A DNA stretch of 22,161 bases, from positions 1 through 22,161 of the forward strand of contig JBGQEL010000069.1 in assembly GCA_041496385.1 (NCBI GenBank). Reading direction: 5' to 3'. Numbering within the stretch: the first letter of the stretch is position 1; every line of letters begins with the position of its first letter. The position numbers were made by a program, and so were the translations under genes. This stretch comes from Candidatus Methylomirabilia bacterium (GTDB lineage: Bacteria; Methylomirabilota; Methylomirabilia; Rokubacteriales; CSP1-6). This document shows positions 16,245-22,161 of this stretch, piece by piece. Below the pieces are notes generated by a model. That model did no database searches and was not told the DNA's origin. It saw nothing but the letters and a program-made list of their open reading frames with translations.

Positions 16245-17404
16245 ACAAGCTCCTTCGCGTCAGCCGGGTCACCCCATTTCTCGTCGACCCGGGCGGCAGC
16301 AAGAATCTGCTGTTCGTGAAGATCGAGACGGATGCGGGTCCGCACGGCTGGGGCGAGTGCTACACGCAGGCGGACCGCGACCGCAGCATCGTCGCCCACG
16401 TGGAGGCGCTCGGCCGCTACCTCGTCGGCCGCGACGCCTCGCACATCACCCACTTCGTCCACTGGGCCTACCACGACTTTGCGGCCAAGCGCGGCGCCAT
16501 GGACTTCTGGAGCGCGGTGAGTGGGCTCGAGCAGGCGCTCTGGGACATCGCGGGCAAGCGCCATGGCGTGCCCGTGCACGCGCTGCTGGGCGGGCCCTGC
16601 CGCGCGCGCGTCCGCGTGTACGCCAACGGCTGGTACGGCGGCGGCAAGACGCCGGCCGACTACGCGGCGCGGGCGAAGGAGACGGTCGGCCGCGGCTTCA
16701 CCGCGCTCAAGTTCGATCCGTTCCCCGGGCCCTGGCGCACGCACGTCCCGCGCGAGGTGGAAGAGCAGGCCGTCGCCACCGTGGCTGCCGTCCGCGAGGC
16801 GGTGGGGCCGGCCGTCGATCTCCTGATCGAGGTGCACCGGCGCCTGGCGCCGATGCACGCGGTCCGCATCGCCCGGGCGATGGAGCGCTTCCGGCCCTTC
16901 TGGTACGAGGAACCTGTGTCCTCGACGAACCTCGACGCGCTGGCCGAGTGCCGCCGCCAGATCGCGATCCCCATCGTGACCGGTGAGGAGCTGTACACGC
17001 GCGCGGAGTTCCGCCGCGTCTTCGAGCTGCGCGCGGCCGACATCGTCAACCCGGACGTCTGCAACTGCGGCGGCATCGGCGAGCTGCGCGCCATCGCCCA
17101 GATGGCCGAGCCCTCGCTCGTGACGGTCTCGCCCCACAACTACAACAGCACCACGGTCGGCCTCGCCGCCACGCTCCAGGTCTCAGCCGCCATCCCGAAC
17201 TTCCTCATCACCGAGTACTTCGTGAACTTCGAGGCCCGCGGCCGCGAGATCGCGCGCCCGGCCTTCGAGGTCCGGGACGGCCACATCGCCGTGCCCGAGC
17301 GCCCGGGGCTCGGCGTCGAGCTGGACGAGGCGGCGCTCGCCCGATATCCCGGCCGTGAACTGCCGGCGCGCCCTCTGCGCGCCCCGGCGGACGAGAGTCC
17401 CTGA
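16241..17404 (+). CDS. Mandelate racemase/muconate lactonizing enzyme family protein, galactonate dehydratase (DgoD)-like
   Basis: GTGA overlap with the ggt stop. Motifs 'GWGE', 'EQALWDIAGK..GVPV..LLGG', 'VYANGW', 'ALKFDP', 'IEVH', 'YEEP', 'TGEE', 'PHN' and 'PGLGVE'. Confidence 0.88.
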   Translation: MNKLLRVSRVTPFLVDPGGSKNLLFVKIETDAGPHGWGECYTQADRDRSIVAHVEALGRYLVGRDASHITHFVHWAYHDFAAKRGAMDFWSAVSGLEQALWDIAGKRHGVPVHALLGGPCRARVRVYANGWYGGGKTPADYAARAKETVGRGFTALKFDPFPGPWRTHVPREVEEQAVATVAAVREAVGPAVDLLIEVHRRLAPMHAVRIARAMERFRPFWYEEPVSSTNLDALAECRRQIAIPIVTGEELYTRAEFRRVFELRAADIVNPDVCNCGGIGELRAIAQMAEPSLVTVSPHNYNSTTVGLAATLQVSAAIPNFLITEYFVNFEARGREIARPAFEVRDGHIAVPERPGLGVELDEAALARYPGRELPARPLRAPADESP

Positions 17405-17406
17405 GG

Positions 17407-17435
17407 TTGACATCCCGGCCCGGGGCGCAGACAAT
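17407..17435 (+). promoter_or_regulatory. Sigma70 promoter of the leu leader/leuA
   Basis: TTGACA (17407-17412), 17-nt spacer, GACAAT (17430-17435). Confidence 0.75.
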
Positions 17436-17437
17436 AG

Positions 17438-20094
<2,657 letters not shown>

Positions 20095-20098
20095 GGCG

Positions 20099-21124
20099 TC
20101 AGCGGAACGCGGGCATCACCTCGCGGGCGAACAGCTCCATCGAGCGCAGCACGCGCGCGTGCTCGAGGTCGCCGAACCAGAAGCTGCAGTTGAAGTGCGT
20201 GATCCCGACCAGCTCCTCGATACGGCGGATCTGCCGGATGACGGTCTGCGGCGTGCCGATGACGAGGAAGCGGTCGAGCAGGTCGTCGGTGTCGGGCTCC
20301 TTCGGCGCCGGCACCGGAACGGCGCGGCCGCGCTCCACGCGCTCGTAGTGGTTGCGCAGGCTGAGCGTGACGCGCATGTTCCAGCGCGCCTCCTCCGCCG
20401 CGGCGCGCGCGTCGGCCTCGTTGTCCGTCACGTAGACCGCCCGCTGCACACCGACCCGCAGCGGATGCGCGGGCTTGACCTCGGCCACGCAGCGGTCGAA
20501 GAGCCGGCGGAACTCGCCCATGCGCTCGAGGGGGACGCCGAAGCCGCCCGTGAGGACGTTGAACCCGCGGCGCACCGCCGCCTCGACTGAGTCCGGGCTC
20601 TGGGCCGTGATCCAGATGGGCGGTCGCGGCTTCTGGACGGGCTGCGGAAACACCGTCGTCTCCGGGATCTTGAAGAACTTGCCGTCGTAGCTGAACGGCT
20701 CGCCGCCGAACGCCTTCAAGATGACGTCGACCGACTCCTCCCACCGCGCGCGGCTGCTCTCCAGCTCGAGCCCGAACCGCGCGAACTCGTAGTGCTGGTA
20801 GCCGCGCCCGAGCCCGACGTCCACCCGGCCGCCCGCCAGGAGGTCGAGCGTCGCGATCTCCTCGGCGATCACCAGCGGGTGATGGAGCGGCACGACGATG
20901 ACGGCGGTGCCCACGCGGAGCCGCGTGGTCTTCGCCGCGATGTACGTGGCGAGCTGGACTGGGCGCGAGAGATAGCCGTAGGTCGAGAAGTGGTGCTCGG
21001 CGAGCCAGACGTTGCCGAAGCCGAGCGCCTCGGCCGCCAGCGCGACCTCGACGCCGCGCGTGTAGATCTCCTGCGAGGACCGCGCCGACGGCGACTGCAT
21101 CAGCAGGAACGTTCCGAACTGGAT
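20099..21124 (-). CDS. LLM-class flavin-dependent oxidoreductase; start codon ambiguous (ATC 21124, ATG 21172 or GTG 21181)
   Basis: Motifs 'QFGTFLL', 'AEALGFGNVWLAEHH', 'HPLVIAEEIATLDLLAGGR', 'PVQKPRPPIW' and 'FAREVMPAF'. Confidence 0.88.
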   Translation of the reverse strand: MQFGTFLLMQSPSARSSQEIYTRGVEVALAAEALGFGNVWLAEHHFSTYGYLSRPVQLATYIAAKTTRLRVGTAVIVVPLHHPLVIAEEIATLDLLAGGRVDVGLGRGYQHYEFARFGLELESSRARWEESVDVILKAFGGEPFSYDGKFFKIPETTVFPQPVQKPRPPIWITAQSPDSVEAAVRRGFNVLTGGFGVPLERMGEFRRLFDRCVAEVKPAHPLRVGVQRAVYVTDNEADARAAAEEARWNMRVTLSLRNHYERVERGRAVPVPAPKEPDTDDLLDRFLVIGTPQTVIRQIRRIEELVGITHFNCSFWFGDLEHARVLRSMELFAREVMPAFR

Positions 21125-21171
21125 GACTTTCCTCCCCTCTTCTTCCCTCTCAGCGTCCTTGAGGGCGGGCA

Positions 21172-21400
21172 TCACGTCCACGCCCAGATCTCCTCGACGA
21201 TCTTACTGTAGTCCGTCTCGAGGTTGAAGGCCCACCGCTTGCTGCCCTTCGGCGGCGGGGTGACCTCGATCCGCCGCGGCAGGATCTTGCCCATGACCTG
21301 CTGCGCGCGGGCCGGGTTCTTCGCGAGGTGCCCGCGCCAGTTCTTCATCAACTCCACGACCTCCCGCCCGAACGCCGAGACGTCGGACCGGCGCCATACT
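21172..21400 (-). pseudogene. Fragment resembling the C-terminal tail of a large serine recombinase
   Basis: High-GC3 frame ...ELMKNWRGHLAKNPARAQQVMGKILPRRIEVTP...WAFNLE..., with no convincing start. The resemblance to recombinase tails is from memory, not from a search. Confidence 0.4.
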
Positions 21401-21720
21401 CTTCGGCGGCTGGTGGATATCATTCCTCGGGTGTCTGGCCGGTGGCGCCGCACTATTCGGCCCGCTCCTAGCTGTATTCACCCTGCTCTTCGTCCTGTGG
21501 GTTACGGTCGGTGGACTTCTTGCTCGTCTATTTCGTCCGCCGCACCACTAAGTCAGAGCCCTGCAGGGAAGGGCAAAACGAAGTGACCGAGGAAGGACAG
21601 TCTGCTCAACTGGGGGACGGACATGGTCCATATCGGAAATCCCTGTTTGACACTTGGCTCGTTTGGGTAGATCGTCGTCGCGCACCTCGAGACTCGCATG
21701 GCGCTGACCTTACATGACAG

Positions 21721-22161
21721 ATGACTGATCAGACGCGCGGTCTGCTGGGCCCGGGCGACCCGGCACCGGACTTCGAGTTGCCCGCCGCCGATACCATGGG
21801 AAGGGTCACCCTCGCGGAGTACTGCCGCCGCGGGCCGGTCCTGCTCACCATGCTTCGCGGTCTCTACTGTCCGTACTGCCGGCGGCAGATCAGCCAGCTC
21901 AGACCGACGAGCGAGGCGCTGCGGGCCGCCGGCATCGCGCTCCTGGGAGTCGTCATCGCCAGCCCCGAGCGGTCGCGGCAGTATTTTCGGTATTTTCCGT
22001 CATCGTTTCCCATGGCGGCGGCCCCCGACCGGACGCTCCATCGCGCGTACCGTCTGCCGGAAGTCATCAGGACGCCAGAGGGACGCGAGGCGGCGGAGAA
22101 GGAAGCAGCCGAGATCCTCCGGGGACTCGGCATCCAGGCTCCACCCGGTCAGGCTGCAACG
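21721..22161 (+). CDS. AhpC/TSA (redoxin, peroxiredoxin-like) protein, 3'-partial
   Basis: MTDQTRGLLGPGDPAPDFELPAA...GPVLLTMLRGLYCPYCRRQISQL..., containing a CxxC thioredoxin-fold motif. Runs off the window. Confidence 0.85.
   Translation, partial: MTDQTRGLLGPGDPAPDFELPAADTMGRVTLAEYCRRGPVLLTMLRGLYCPYCRRQISQLRPTSEALRAAGIALLGVVIASPERSRQYFRYFPSSFPMAAAPDRTLHRAYRLPEVIRTPEGREAAEKEAAEILRGLGIQAPPGQAAT

Noticed and set aside
21647..21680. TTGACA as promoter for the redoxin gene
   Set aside because: No good -10 hexamer at 16-18 nt spacing.

Overview
Very GC-rich bacterial DNA. The gene repertoire (many MFS transporters, LLM monooxygenases, a CaiB-type CoA-transferase, GGT) resembles a soil heterotroph such as Ca. 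Rokubacteria/Methylomirabilota, but that is inference only. The window holds about 20 mostly catabolic or housekeeping genes: 3 MFS transporters, a single-domain MetE-like enzyme, a frameshifted membrane-anchored TPR protein, DUF1989, an HpcH aldolase, a CoA-transferase III, an alpha/beta-hydrolase/LLM/Ldh_2/MFS operon, an amidohydrolase, GGT plus a DgoD-like dehydratase, leuA plus a PEP-mutase-family gene, a second LLM, and a partial peroxiredoxin-like gene. The strongest signals are non-coding or hidden. (1) Two 216-bp copies of a structured MITE-like element with CTAG ends, each docked on a TAG stop codon and showing compensatory base-pair changes. (2) A perfect 34-bp-arm palindrome inserted in frame in the GGT pro-linker, whose loop shares an 11-mer with the MITE. 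(3) A leucine attenuator (leader [14 protein letters not shown]) upstream of leuA. (4) Pervasive leaderless promoter architecture. (5) An alpha/beta-hydrolase lacking the nucleophile Ser, coupled to an LLM. (6) A probable recombinase remnant abutting an LLM gene whose Shine-Dalgarno points to an ATC codon.
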